Assembly: GCA_044376115.1 (NCBI GenBank)
Contig: JBILLK010000020.1
Span: forward strand, 64,001 to 128,000
Origin: Polyangiaceae bacterium
Lineage (GTDB): Bacteria; Myxococcota_A; Polyangia; Polyangiales; Polyangiaceae
Direction: 5' to 3'
Length of the DNA stretch: 64,000 nt
Below, in pieces: positions 16,843 through 26,566 of the stretch. Below the pieces are notes generated by a model. That model was given only the letters and a program-made list of their open reading frames with translations, ran no database searches and was not told where the DNA came from. The translations under genes and the position numbers were made by a program. Positions within the stretch are counted from its first letter, which is position 1. Each line of letters opens with the position of its first letter.

Positions 16843-19101
16843 GTGCGCCCCGACGATAGCCTGCGTGCCCACTTGGATCTAGCAAGCGAGCCTCCGGCTT
16901 CAACGCCGGTCCCTTCAGCGGTTTTCCAGCTGGATTCGGGAGATCCCTCGCACTACCTCAACCGCGAGCTATCGTGGCTGGAGTTCAATTCTCGCGTGCT
17001 CTCCGAAGCCGAGAATCCAGAAGTCCCGCTGTTTGAACGGCTGAAGTTTCTCGGCATTTTCTCGTCGAATTTGGACGAGTTCTTCATGGTGCGCGTGGCG
17101 GGCCTCAAGGCCCAGCGCGGTGAGAAGGTCGCTGATTTACCCCCAGACGGCCTGACGCCCGAGGAGCAGCTGGCCGCGATCAGCGTACGCGCCCACGCGC
17201 TGGTCGACCGCGCTTACAGGCTTTGGAACACCGACCTTTCGCCGGCACTGCGCCGCGTCGGCATCGTGATCGTCCGGCCGGAGGAGCTCGAGCCGAACGA
17301 GCTTGCTTCCCTCGATGAACGTTTCCGCACCGAGGTTTTTCCGGTGCTTACACCGCTCGCCATCGACCCTGGCCACCCTTTCCCGCACTTGCGGAACAAG
17401 ACGATCAACCTTGGCATCATGCTAACGCGCGACGCGGAGACGCTCGCGGGCTTTGGCGTGATCCAAGTCCCGGCGATGCTCAACCGGCTGATCCCTGTGC
17501 ACGTACCGGGAGCAGAGCGGGCCTTCGTTCTACTCGAGGACGTGATCGCACGGCACGTGAACGAGTTCTTCCAAGAGAAGCGGCTGCGCGGGACCTACCC
17601 GTTCCGAGTGATGCGCAATTGGGATCTCGAGATCGACGAGGAAGAGGGAGAAGACCTGCTTCAGACCATCCAGGCGGAGTTGAGACGGCGCGATCGCGGC
17701 AACGCCGTGCGACTCGAGATTGGCATGGGCGAGGGCGTCGACGCCAGCGTCTCCCGACTATGCAAGGCGCTCCACATCGACCCGCAGCATGACGTCTACC
17801 GTGTTTCCGGACCGCTCAACTTCGGCGATTTGGTCGCCGTGATCGAAGGAGACCAACGGCGGGAGCATCGTGACGAGCGTTTTCACGGCCACACGCCCTC
17901 TCCGCTCAAGGACAAGGAGGACCTGTTCGCCGTCATTCGAGAACGAGACGTGCTGCTGCACCACCCGTTCGAGTCCTTCGAACCGGTGGTCGAGCTGATC
18001 AATCAAGCCGCCGACGATCCCGACGTGCTCGCGATCAAACAAACGCTCTACCGCACGGGTGGAGATTCACCGATCGTACGAGCGCTGGCCCGCGCCGCTG
18101 AGAACGGCAAACAGGTTGCGGCCATCGTCGAGTTGAAGGCGCGCTTTGACGAGGCCAGCAACATTCGCTGGGCGCACACGCTCGAACAGAGCGGCGTGCA
18201 GGTGATCTACGGCCTCTTGGGCCTGAAGACGCACGCGAAGGCGCTGCTCATCGTGCGACGCGAGAACAACCGCATTCGTCGCTATGTGCATCTTTCCACC
18301 GGCAACTACAACCGCGGGACGGCTAGGCTTTACACCGATATAGGTCTATTCACCGCAAACCCGGACATCGGGGCAGACGTCACCAGCCTGTTCAATCTAC
18401 TAACTGGCTATTCGGCTCCCGAGAAATGGAACCGGCTCGTGGTGGCGCCGCTCGGACTTCACGAGGCCATTTTAGGCCTCATTGGCCGTGAAACGCTGAA
18501 TGCGCGATCTGGAAAGCGCGCCGCGATCTATGCCCAGATGAACGCGCTCGTCGACGTCGACGTGATTGATGCGCTCTATGCCGCAAGCGAAGCAGGCGTA
18601 GAGATTCAGCTGAGGATTCGAGGAATCTGTTGCCTTAGGCCGGGGATCGCTGGCCTTTCCTCACGCATCACCGTTCACGCGACGATCGACCGCTTCCTCG
18701 AGCACATTCGGCTCTTCCGCTTCGAGAACAACGGCACACCAGAGTACTTCTTCTCCAGCGCTGACTGGATGCCGCGCAACTTTCACCGTCGAGTCGAGGT
18801 GCTGACGCCCATCCTCGACGAACGGATGAAGCGTGAAGTCGAGCAGATTCGCGAGACCTCCTTTGGGGATGTGGCGAAGACCTGGCAGCTGACCCAGGAC
18901 GGCACCTACGAGCGGGTACCTGCCGCTCCGGGAGCACCTCGCTCGCAGCAACGGTTCATTGACCGTGCAAAGGAGCGCTCGCGCAAAGGCGACCAGATCG
19001 CCCGCCCAAGCGCCGTGCACGTGCTTGCACGCGTGGGAAGCGAAGAGGATCGCAAGCTGCGTCGAGCCAAAGAACGCCAGCGGAAGAAGCAGTCAATCTA
19101 G
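16843..19101 (+). CDS. ppk1: Polyphosphate kinase 1
   Basis: YLNRELSWLEFN, NLDEFFMVRVAG, HPFP, LLHHPF, IKQTLYR, ELKARFDE, LKTHAK, RFLEH and SADWMPRN. Confidence 0.97.
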   Translation: MRPDDSLRAHLDLASEPPASTPVPSAVFQLDSGDPSHYLNRELSWLEFNSRVLSEAENPEVPLFERLKFLGIFSSNLDEFFMVRVAGLKAQRGEKVADLPPDGLTPEEQLAAISVRAHALVDRAYRLWNTDLSPALRRVGIVIVRPEELEPNELASLDERFRTEVFPVLTPLAIDPGHPFPHLRNKTINLGIMLTRDAETLAGFGVIQVPAMLNRLIPVHVPGAERAFVLLEDVIARHVNEFFQEKRLRGTYPFRVMRNWDLEIDEEEGEDLLQTIQAELRRRDRGNAVRLEIGMGEGVDASVSRLCKALHIDPQHDVYRVSGPLNFGDLVAVIEGDQRREHRDERFHGHTPSPLKDKEDLFAVIRERDVLLHHPFESFEPVVELINQAADDPDVLAIKQTLYRTGGDSPIVRALARAAENGKQVAAIVELKARFDEASNIRWAHTLEQSGVQVIYGLLGLKTHAKALLIVRRENNRIRRYVHLSTGNYNRGTARLYTDIGLFTANPDIGADVTSLFNLLTGYSAPEKWNRLVVAPLGLHEAILGLIGRETLNARSGKRAAIYAQMNALVDVDVIDALYAASEAGVEIQLRIRGICCLRPGIAGLSSRITVHATIDRFLEHIRLFRFENNGTPEYFFSSADWMPRNFHRRVEVLTPILDERMKREVEQIRETSFGDVAKTWQLTQDGTYERVPAAPGAPRSQQRFIDRAKERSRKGDQIARPSAVHVLARVGSEEDRKLRRAKERQRKKQSI

Positions 19102-19218
19102 GGCTGCGCAGGCGTTGCGGGCCCTTCCTGACGGGCGGGGCACGCGCGCTTTGCCTTCTCGCACGCGAACCATTGCCCTTCTCTTTGAATCGAGCCGCCG
19201 AAAAGCTACGCTCCCCAT

Positions 19219-20085
19219 GTGTGGCATCGCGTTCGACCGCTTCTGCTCGTGTTCCCCCTGTGCGCGGGCTGCAACGCGATTGTGTCGCCAGCTGAGGAGC
19301 AATGCGCATCCGACGCTGATTGTGCCGCCCGGGGCTTCGAGGGGGCTGTGTGCTCCGACTCGCTCTGCATAGAAGCCGTGGAGATCGACCCGGTGTGGGC
19401 GTGCCTGGGCAGCGTTACCGAGCCCGAGCCGGATCCGACCAAGACCGTCTCCTTCCCGATTGGCCTGGTCTACGCGATCGGTGGAGCGCCGATCAGCTCG
19501 AAGGCGGTGATCGATGTCTGCGACAAGCTCGACGTGAATTGCACCGGCGATGACCCGAAGTACCCCAAAGGCATCAACCCCGGAGCCGACGGGGTCGTGC
19601 AGGTCGAGGTACCCGAGGGGTTCGACGGGTTCGTTCGCATCACCGATCCGGGAATCGTAGATTCTCGTGTGTACGTAGGACGCCCGCTGCTAGCGCCTCC
19701 GACTGTCGAGCAGATCCAGCTGCTCAAGCCGATGGAGTACACGGGGCTCGCGTCGCTGGCCATGAGCGAGGCGGACCCAACGCGCGGCTCGATGATCGCG
19801 CTGGCCATCGATTGCAACCGAGAAGCCGTCTCGGGAGTCAGCTTTGACGTTCCCAGTGCGGACGATATAGCCGTCCCATTTTACCTTATTAATCAGGCAC
19901 CCGTTTTACCGCCCAATGCAGTCGCGACCGATAAGGACGGCTTTGGGGGCTACTTCAACCTCCTGCCAGGGGGCCCCGTGGTAAAGGCCTTTCGCGCAGC
20001 GGACGACGCCTACATTGGGGAATCGAGTTTCCAGATTCTTGCGAACACAATCTCGTACGTTCTCGTAGGGCCCACGCCGCTTTAG
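19219..20085 (+). CDS. Cys-containing lipoprotein of unknown function, first gene of a kinase module
   Basis: Lipobox LCAGC, C.SDADC...C..SLC motif, and VWACL. The kinase gene starts 2 nt after its stop. Confidence 0.75.
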   Translation: MWHRVRPLLLVFPLCAGCNAIVSPAEEQCASDADCAARGFEGAVCSDSLCIEAVEIDPVWACLGSVTEPEPDPTKTVSFPIGLVYAIGGAPISSKAVIDVCDKLDVNCTGDDPKYPKGINPGADGVVQVEVPEGFDGFVRITDPGIVDSRVYVGRPLLAPPTVEQIQLLKPMEYTGLASLAMSEADPTRGSMIALAIDCNREAVSGVSFDVPSADDIAVPFYLINQAPVLPPNAVATDKDGFGGYFNLLPGGPVVKAFRAADDAYIGESSFQILANTISYVLVGPTPL

Positions 20086-20087
20086 TC

Positions 20088-21758
20088 ATGCAAGCCGACC
20101 GCATTGGGAAATACCGCATTATCGCCAAGCTCGGCCAAGGTGGCATGGCTACGGTATTTCTGTCCATCGCAGCCGGCCCTGTCGGCTTCAACAAGCTGCT
20201 CGTACTCAAGCTGCTGAAGGAGGAGCTCGATAGCGACAACGACTTCTTGGCGATGTTTCTGAATGAGGCCCGGCTCGCTGCGCGCCTCAATCATGCGAAT
20301 GTCGTGCAGACCTATGAAGTAGGCGTGGAGAACGGCCGCCACTTCTTGGCGATGGACTACTTGGATGGGCAGCCGCTACACGCCGTGTTGCGTAAAGCCT
20401 CCCGCTCCTTCATGCCGCTGGACGTGCACGTGCGGATCCTCGCCGATATGCTGGCAGGCCTTCACTACGCCCATACCCTGACAGACTTCGACGGGACGCC
20501 GCTCAACGTCGTGCACCGCGACATCAGCCCGCAGAACGTCTTCGTTACCTATGACGGCCAGGTGAAGCTCGTCGACTTCGGCATCGCCAAAGCGAACGGC
20601 GCTGTCAGTACGACGCAGAGCGGCGTCTTCAAAGGGAAGCTCGCGTACGTAGCGCCAGAACAAGCAGGCGGAGATGTGGTCGATGCGCGCGCCGATATCT
20701 TCAGCGTCGGCGTCATGCTCTGGGAGGCGATGTCCGGGCGCAGGTTCGCTCAAGGGGACGGCCAGACCGCGGTGTTTGCAAAACGGCTGGCCGGCACCGA
20801 GCCGCGCATTCGAGAGGTCGTGCCCGACGCCGACGCCGAGCTAGCCGACATCTGCGACCGAGCGATGGCGCATCGAGCGCAAGACCGGTACGCATCGGCG
20901 CGCGAGTTCCGCGACGCCCTCGAGGCTTTTCTCGATCGGTTCAGCCGGCGGGTTGGCAGTCGGGAGGTCTCCGAGCTGATGGCCCAGCTCTTCTCCGAAG
21001 AGCGGGATCGTATTCGGCGCGTGATCGATGAGCAGATGAAGCAGCTGTTGCGCGAGACGGCGCAAGCTCTGCCCATGCTAACGCTCAATCAAGAGCCTGA
21101 CCTCCAGCCGGTCACTCGCGTAGAGGGGGCGCGCACTCCCCTGCCTCAAGGCGGCTTCGCCGGTGCCGTCGAGAGCTCCTCGGTATCGCAAACCTTCGGT
21201 ACGCTCGGAGGAGCGAACCTGAGTTCGCCCCCCAACGGGCCTCGTTCGAAGGCGGCGCTGCTCTTGGGTGCGCTGAGCGTGTTGGCGCTGCTATCAGTCG
21301 GTGGGCTCTTGGTCGTGGTGCTCGGAATGAAGGACGAGGACAAGGTCGCCGAGAACGCCAGCGCCAGCTCCAGCACCTCTACAGCGAGCGCTGTCGCGAC
21401 CAGCGCCCAACCTTCGGATCGCGTTCAGCTCAAGATCACATTTGCTCCCGCGGCCGCCACAGCCAAGTTGGACGGTGTTCCGCTGTCGCAGAGCCCTTTC
21501 ACAGCGCAAGTCCCGCGCGACGGCTCGATGCACCGCGTGGAGGTCAATGCGCCGGGGCTCGCACCGCAAACGCTGATGGTCAGCTTCGAGAAGGACGTGA
21601 CGCTCGACATCGTCCTCGTGCCAGAAACGGCCGCAAGCGCCTCCGCCAGCCCCACAGCCACACAACCCAATCGTTTGCCCGGCCCGCTTCCCGCGAACAC
21701 CAACGGCAAACAGCCGCTCGGGATCGACGAGCAGGACCCCTACAAGAAGAAGAAGTGA
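20088..21758 (+). CDS. Transmembrane Hanks-type Ser/Thr protein kinase with C-terminal PEGA-like domain
   Basis: LGQGGMATV, HRDISPQN, DFGIAK, GKLAYVAPE, DIFSVG; TM helix ALLLGALSVLALLSVGGLLVVVL; C-terminal IDEQDPY. Confidence 0.93.
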   Translation: MQADRIGKYRIIAKLGQGGMATVFLSIAAGPVGFNKLLVLKLLKEELDSDNDFLAMFLNEARLAARLNHANVVQTYEVGVENGRHFLAMDYLDGQPLHAVLRKASRSFMPLDVHVRILADMLAGLHYAHTLTDFDGTPLNVVHRDISPQNVFVTYDGQVKLVDFGIAKANGAVSTTQSGVFKGKLAYVAPEQAGGDVVDARADIFSVGVMLWEAMSGRRFAQGDGQTAVFAKRLAGTEPRIREVVPDADAELADICDRAMAHRAQDRYASAREFRDALEAFLDRFSRRVGSREVSELMAQLFSEERDRIRRVIDEQMKQLLRETAQALPMLTLNQEPDLQPVTRVEGARTPLPQGGFAGAVESSSVSQTFGTLGGANLSSPPNGPRSKAALLLGALSVLALLSVGGLLVVVLGMKDEDKVAENASASSSTSTASAVATSAQPSDRVQLKITFAPAAATAKLDGVPLSQSPFTAQVPRDGSMHRVEVNAPGLAPQTLMVSFEKDVTLDIVLVPETAASASASPTATQPNRLPGPLPANTNGKQPLGIDEQDPYKKKK

Positions 21759-22774
21759 AGAACCTCTCTTTGCGCTCCCGAAGGCGTGTTTGGCTGAGTC
21801 TCGCGGCGCTTTTCATTGGCCTTGCGCAAGGCCCTAGGCCTGCGGTCGCTCAGGCGAAGGATGAGCCGACGGCCGCGCAGCAAGAGGAGGCAAGCGAGCG
21901 CTTTCGTCGCGGGGTAAAGCTCTACAAGGCCCGCGACTACACGGCCGCCTGGGTCGAGTTCAAACGCGCCTATGAGCTCTTCCCGAACTACAACGTACTT
22001 TACAATCTAGGTCAGACCTCTCGTGAGCTGAAGGACTACGCCACAGCACTAACCTCCTATGAGGAGTACCTGCTGCAAGGCGGCAATGAGGTCACAGCGG
22101 CCAGAAAGAAAGAGGTCCAAGCTTCGATCGAGGAGCTCAAGCAGACCGTCGGTCGCATCACCGTAAGCACCAACGTCGAGGGCGCCGAGATCTTCATCGA
22201 CGACGTCGCCGTCGGGACTTCGCCCTTGCCGAAGGCGGTCGTGGTCAACGTCGGGCAGCGACGGATCGTGGCAACCAAGAGCGGCTTCACCGAGGCCCGC
22301 CGGGCGATTGAGATCGCTGGCACCGACGCAGTCGAGGTGAAGCTGGAGCTGGTTTCGACTGCGCAAAAGCCTGGCCCCACGCCGATCACGCCACCACCCG
22401 CGCCCGTGGAGCCAGAGCCTGCCCCGCCCTACGGAGCCTTCATCGCGCTCGGTGTCACCGGCGCCAGTGCCATCGTCACCGGCGTCCTCGGGGGCTTGGC
22501 GCTGTCTGCGCAGAGTGACCTGGATGCGGCGCTGGGGACCTTTCCCGGAAACCAGACGGCGATCGCCGACGCGCAGTCACGCACTTCGAGCCTAGCCGTC
22601 GGAACCGACGTGATGATCGGTATTACCGCGGCAGGTGCGGCAACCACAGTCTTGCTGTTCATCTTCACCGGCGGTTCTTCGGACGCAGCAGAACCAGAAC
22701 CGGCACCAGAAGGCGAGGTTAGCGTACGGGTCGTGCCAATGCCGACCGGGCTCACCTTGATGGGCACCTTTTAG
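21755..22774 (+). CDS. TPR + PEGA domain protein
   Basis: Signal peptide; F..GV.LY...DY..A..EF.RAY...P.YNVLYNLG (TPR); STNVEGAEIFID (PEGA); C-terminal hydrophobic hairpin ending GTF. Confidence 0.88.
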   Translation: MKNLSLRSRRRVWLSLAALFIGLAQGPRPAVAQAKDEPTAAQQEEASERFRRGVKLYKARDYTAAWVEFKRAYELFPNYNVLYNLGQTSRELKDYATALTSYEEYLLQGGNEVTAARKKEVQASIEELKQTVGRITVSTNVEGAEIFIDDVAVGTSPLPKAVVVNVGQRRIVATKSGFTEARRAIEIAGTDAVEVKLELVSTAQKPGPTPITPPPAPVEPEPAPPYGAFIALGVTGASAIVTGVLGGLALSAQSDLDAALGTFPGNQTAIADAQSRTSSLAVGTDVMIGITAAGAATTVLLFIFTGGSSDAAEPEPAPEGEVSVRVVPMPTGLTLMGTF

Positions 22775-22816
22775 TTAGTAGCGTAAACGAGCGTATCGAG
22801 CGGCCGGCAGCACACT

Positions 22817-23617
22817 CTACGGAAGAGCCGACGGGACAATTCTGGCCCGTATGATGAAGTCCAGGTTGGGGAACTCGCGCGCTAGGAAGCGACTCCCCTC
22901 GCTCTGGAGATCCCCCTGCTTCGACGTGGGAAGCTCACCGTACTCGCCGTTGATCCGCGCAATCGTCGCATCGTTCTCGCCGACCAGCTCGCAGATTGGG
23001 GCAAAGCCCATGGCATCGAGCGCCGTGTTGTCGCCCAAGTTGATGAACAGCTGGGTCGTTCGAGTGTCCGGCGAGCCAGCCATCGCGAAGGTGATGGTGC
23101 CGGTCTTGTTGGAGACAACGACGGGATCGGGCGGGAGGGCCTGCTTTCGCCAGGCTCGACTGACCCGCGGATCACCGCTGATGCCAAACTGAATCACGAA
23201 GGGGCGCGGGGTCTTCACCACGCGAAAGAACGCTACATCGCTAAAGAAGCCGATCTGCACCAGATTGAAGATCCGATCTGCGCCGAAAGGCCCGTGGCTG
23301 CGAGTGCACGCGAAGGTTAGCGGACCGGCGGTGGTTTCCAACTCGACGGTGAAGCGCGCTGGTGCTTGCGCATTGGCCTTGGTCGGATCCAGCAAGCCAG
23401 GGTGAACGGCAACCGTCTCTGACAGCCTCACCGAGGCGTCGGCGGTTGCCGTTGAGCTCGGAGACGTGGAGGACGGCACCGTCGTTGGCGCAGCGATGAA
23501 CGCTTCGATTGGTGGAAGCACGGAACTGCTGCTCTGAACCACCCGCTCCTGATCAACGGCCTGGACCGAGGAACAACTGGCCAAGCCAGCAAGTGCAATG
23601 CAGGCAACGAGCTTCAT
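22817..23617 (-). CDS. Cyclophilin-type peptidyl-prolyl isomerase, predicted lipoprotein
   Basis: Lipobox LASC; FFRVV, FVIQFG, GTITFAMAG, RTTQLFINL and LDAMGFAP. Confidence 0.88.
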   Translation of the reverse strand: MKLVACIALAGLASCSSVQAVDQERVVQSSSSVLPPIEAFIAAPTTVPSSTSPSSTATADASVRLSETVAVHPGLLDPTKANAQAPARFTVELETTAGPLTFACTRSHGPFGADRIFNLVQIGFFSDVAFFRVVKTPRPFVIQFGISGDPRVSRAWRKQALPPDPVVVSNKTGTITFAMAGSPDTRTTQLFINLGDNTALDAMGFAPICELVGENDATIARINGEYGELPTSKQGDLQSEGSRFLAREFPNLDFIIRARIVPSALP

Positions 23618-23652
23618 GAGCGCACCATAGCTGGAGCTCCGGTCAGAAATAC

Positions 23653-23693
23653 GAAAACCCCCAGGTCCTTCGTTGGAAGGACTGGGGGTTTTC
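23653..23693 (-). terminator. Intrinsic terminator-like hairpin downstream of the OmpA-family gene
   Basis: gaaaacccccag-gtccttc-gttg-gaaggac-tgggggttttc is a long near-perfect inverted repeat 30 nt past the stop, followed by a T-rich run on the minus strand. Confidence 0.75.
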
Positions 23694-23723
23694 ACTGCAT
23701 CCACCTTCGGTGGAACAGCCGAG

Positions 23724-25673
23724 TTACTTCTTGGGCGCGGGGGCCTTCGGAGCGGGCGGTGCCGCCTTCGGTGCAGCAGGCTTCGGGGCCGGCGGTGCGG
23801 CCTTCGGAGCCTTCGGGTCAGCCGGAGCGGCCTTCGGGTCGGCCGGCGCTGCAGGAGCGGCCTTCGGGTCGGCCGGCGCTGCAGGAGCAGCCTTCGGGTC
23901 GGCCGGGGCTGCAGGAGCGGCCTTCAGGTCGGTGGGCGGGGTGGAAACCGGGTCTCCAGCCGGGGGAAGGAGCGGCGCAGCACCGTTCTTGGGGGCGGGC
24001 GGTGCTTTCTCGGTCACCACGAACTGCACGCGGCGGTTCTTTGCACGACCCTCTTCATCCTTGTTGTCCGCGACCGGCACGTCCTGACCGTAGCCCTTTG
24101 CGGTGAGGCGAGCGCTCTCAACGCCACGCTTCTCGAGCGCCTTCTGCACCGAGTTAGCGCGGTTTTGCGAGAGCGTCTTGTTGAGCGGCTTGGAGCCCTT
24201 GTTGTCGGTGTGACCTTGGATCTCCACCTTGCGAATTTCGGGGTGCTCTTTGAGAACCGCGGCGACCGAATCCAGCAGCGCGTCGCTGGCGGGCTTGATC
24301 GTGGCCTTGCCAGTGTCGAACTGAACCTGCTCGAGGATGATGATCTCGGTCGCGGTGACGCGAACGAGCTTCGGACAGCCGCGCTTGCTCGGATCCGCGT
24401 CGTCGACGCCCTTCTCCTGCGGGCAGGCGTCTTGATCGTCACGGAAGCCGTCACCGTCGGTGTCACCGGGGCAGCCGTTGGTCGCCGGATCGGTCGTTAC
24501 GAGACCGGGGATCTCCTTGCACGCGTCAACATCGTCGATGACCGTGTCACCGTCGGTGTCCTTCGGCGGCGGGCAGCCGTGTTTTGCCGGCTCCACGTTA
24601 GCGATACCGGGCACATCCTTGCAGGCGTCAACGTCGTCGAAGATGCCGTCGCCGTCGGTGTCGACCGGCGGCGGACAGCCGTTCTTGGCTTTGTCTGCAT
24701 TGGGCAAACCGGCGACTGCCGGGCAGGCGTCATCAACGTCGAGGATGGTGTCGAGGTCCTGATCCTTGGGAGGTGCGGGAGGCAGCTCCTTCTTCAATCG
24801 GGTCTTCTCGAAGCCAACGGCGAAGCCGGCGCGGAAGCCGAAGATCGCTGCATCACCAGCGCCGATCTCACAGCTGTCCAGCGTTTCATCCGAGAGCAGC
24901 ATGTAGTCGGGCCCAGTTTCAGCCCAGAACAACGCGCCCGATTGCAGCGCCAGTTCAGCGCCGACTGCGCCCTTCATACCGAACGCAGCCGAGTCACTGC
25001 CCGAACAGCGGGTGCCTACGGCTTGCCCACCCGTCGAGTCGTCGATCAGGACCTTGTCGGTGTCGAGGCTCTGCCAAGACGGACCGCCGGCGATGCTGAC
25101 GTACAGGGCGAAGGGATCAAACCGAAGGGGGTAAACGCGGGCGTCCACCCACAGCGTGTTGAGGTCGCGATAGGTGTTGTCGAAAGAGACCTCGTCGATG
25201 TCGGTTCGGTCGCGCTCGAGATCGGCGTGCTCATAGCCGACGCCGAAGCCGAACCAGCGGATGGGCCGGAAGATACCGGTGATTCCGACGCGAAGACCGG
25301 TGCGTGAGTTGATCTCGTTCACCGCGGCCGGCGGGTCATTGAAGCGATGGCTCAAGCCGAGGTGGCCGAAGAAACCAAAACCAAGCCCAGCCTCTTCTCC
25401 TCCCGTGTTCCAAGGCTCCCAGCTGTCTTCCCACTGCACCGTGTCAGCGCCGGGAGCTGGAGGCGTCTGCGCCTCCAGAGCGGGGGCAACGCCCGTGGTC
25501 ACCGAAGCACCAGCAGCGGTTAGAGGCGCGGCAGAAGCCACCTTGGTTACGGTCACAGCCTGCTCAGAGGCAGGCGCAGTTTCCTGTGCGGTGGCCAAAC
25601 CGGGAACGGCCAGGCAAAGGACACTTGCGCAAATACTCGAGGATAGCCGGCGGCTTTTCACAATTCGCCTCAT
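23724..25673 (-). CDS. OmpA-family outer-membrane protein: beta-barrel, thrombospondin type 3 repeats, OmpA peptidoglycan-binding domain, Pro/Ala/Lys tail
   Basis: Four D.DGD...D..DAC repeats; VQFDTGKA, IQGHTDN, LSQNRA and RAKNRRVQF; tail of PKAAPAAPAD repeats. Start probably ATG 25673. Confidence 0.9.
   Translation of the reverse strand: MRRIVKSRRLSSSICASVLCLAVPGLATAQETAPASEQAVTVTKVASAAPLTAAGASVTTGVAPALEAQTPPAPGADTVQWEDSWEPWNTGGEEAGLGFGFFGHLGLSHRFNDPPAAVNEINSRTGLRVGITGIFRPIRWFGFGVGYEHADLERDRTDIDEVSFDNTYRDLNTLWVDARVYPLRFDPFALYVSIAGGPSWQSLDTDKVLIDDSTGGQAVGTRCSGSDSAAFGMKGAVGAELALQSGALFWAETGPDYMLLSDETLDSCEIGAGDAAIFGFRAGFAVGFEKTRLKKELPPAPPKDQDLDTILDVDDACPAVAGLPNADKAKNGCPPPVDTDGDGIFDDVDACKDVPGIANVEPAKHGCPPPKDTDGDTVIDDVDACKEIPGLVTTDPATNGCPGDTDGDGFRDDQDACPQEKGVDDADPSKRGCPKLVRVTATEIIILEQVQFDTGKATIKPASDALLDSVAAVLKEHPEIRKVEIQGHTDNKGSKPLNKTLSQNRANSVQKALEKRGVESARLTAKGYGQDVPVADNKDEEGRAKNRRVQFVVTEKAPPAPKNGAAPLLPPAGDPVSTPPTDLKAAPAAPADPKAAPAAPADPKAAPAAPADPKAAPADPKAPKAAPPAPKPAAPKAAPPAPKAPAPKK
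23821..23932. repeat. Coding tandem repeat, 30-bp unit, about 3.7 copies
   Basis: Unit gcaggagcggccttcgggtcggccggcgct at 23821, 23851, 23881 and 23911; it encodes PKAAPAAPAD on the minus strand. Confidence 0.9.
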
Positions 25674-25825
25674 TCGGAAGGGTCCGCCAGTCTTTTGGCG
25701 GTGAGGCTCCTTACGCGAAAGGCGTGCCCGACGAAAGTCCAAGCTGATCAACGTAGGGAATGAAACCCCAGCGCGGCGCCTTCACGTGCTTTGTTTGGGC
25801 GCCGTGTTTGGTGTGCCTATGTTCC

Positions 25826-26428
25826 TCAGCGGACCGTGAGCTTGTCGTCGCCCAGCTGGCAAACGGGGTCACAATCGGGGCCATTGGGGCGTACTTCCTT
25901 GTACTGAGGTGCCGACTTCAGCTCACCGACCTTCTTGCCGTCCCGGGACACCGTGATGGTGGCGGCCTTCGGAGAGGAGGGCAGCTTGAGTTCGCTGAGG
26001 ACGGCGGGAGCTGCGCCCTTTTCAGAGGCCTTCTCGCAACCGGCGGTCACCGCGCTGATTTCAACGTCTCCGCCGCACTTCGGCGCCTTGTCCCCGCAGA
26101 ATCCAGGGACCGCGAAGGTGCACGAGCCCTTCTTACCGTCGGCTTCAACCTCGATCAGGTATTTGCCTTTGGCCAGCTTGTCCCCACCTTCGACCGCGAC
26201 GGTGAGGGCGCCCTTGCAGCCGGCGCGCGTGCATACTTTGCCGAAGTTGGGCAGCGTTGGCTGGCTGCTGGCCGAGCCCGTCGCAGCGACGCTGGCGACC
26301 GCCGTCGCCGTGGCAGTGGCCGGCGCAACGACGCTGGGCGTGGTGTCATCTGGCGTTTTATCACCGTCCTCGACCGTTACGACGCAACCCGAAACCAAGG
26401 CGACCGAGAGAACCAACGCGAGCTTCAT
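25826..26428 (-). CDS. Hypothetical lipoprotein
   Basis: Lipobox LVSGC, Thr/Ala linker, CT..GC and PNGPDCDPVC motifs. Confidence 0.8.
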   Translation of the reverse strand: MKLALVLSVALVSGCVVTVEDGDKTPDDTTPSVVAPATATATAVASVAATGSASSQPTLPNFGKVCTRAGCKGALTVAVEGGDKLAKGKYLIEVEADGKKGSCTFAVPGFCGDKAPKCGGDVEISAVTAGCEKASEKGAAPAVLSELKLPSSPKAATITVSRDGKKVGELKSAPQYKEVRPNGPDCDPVCQLGDDKLTVR

Positions 26429-26566
26429 CGCTGCGCTCTAAGAGAACCTCGCACGAGAGGCAAGCCATGGTCGGTGGGAGGCCGTGGTTGGGGTGATTGG
26501 GCGGAACTTGGCCCGACCTTTGGGTCTATGCGACCTCGAACGCGTGAATATGTCCGGAGCTAGATC

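Noticed and set aside
23673..25307. 544-aa plus-strand ORF with repeats
   Set aside because: Antisense shadow of the OmpA-family gene in GC-rich DNA, with no recognisable motifs.
23724..26428. traAB kin-recognition locus
   Set aside because: The upstream gene is a 200-aa lipoprotein without Cys-rich repeats or MYXO-CTERM; domain layout alone does not establish TraB.
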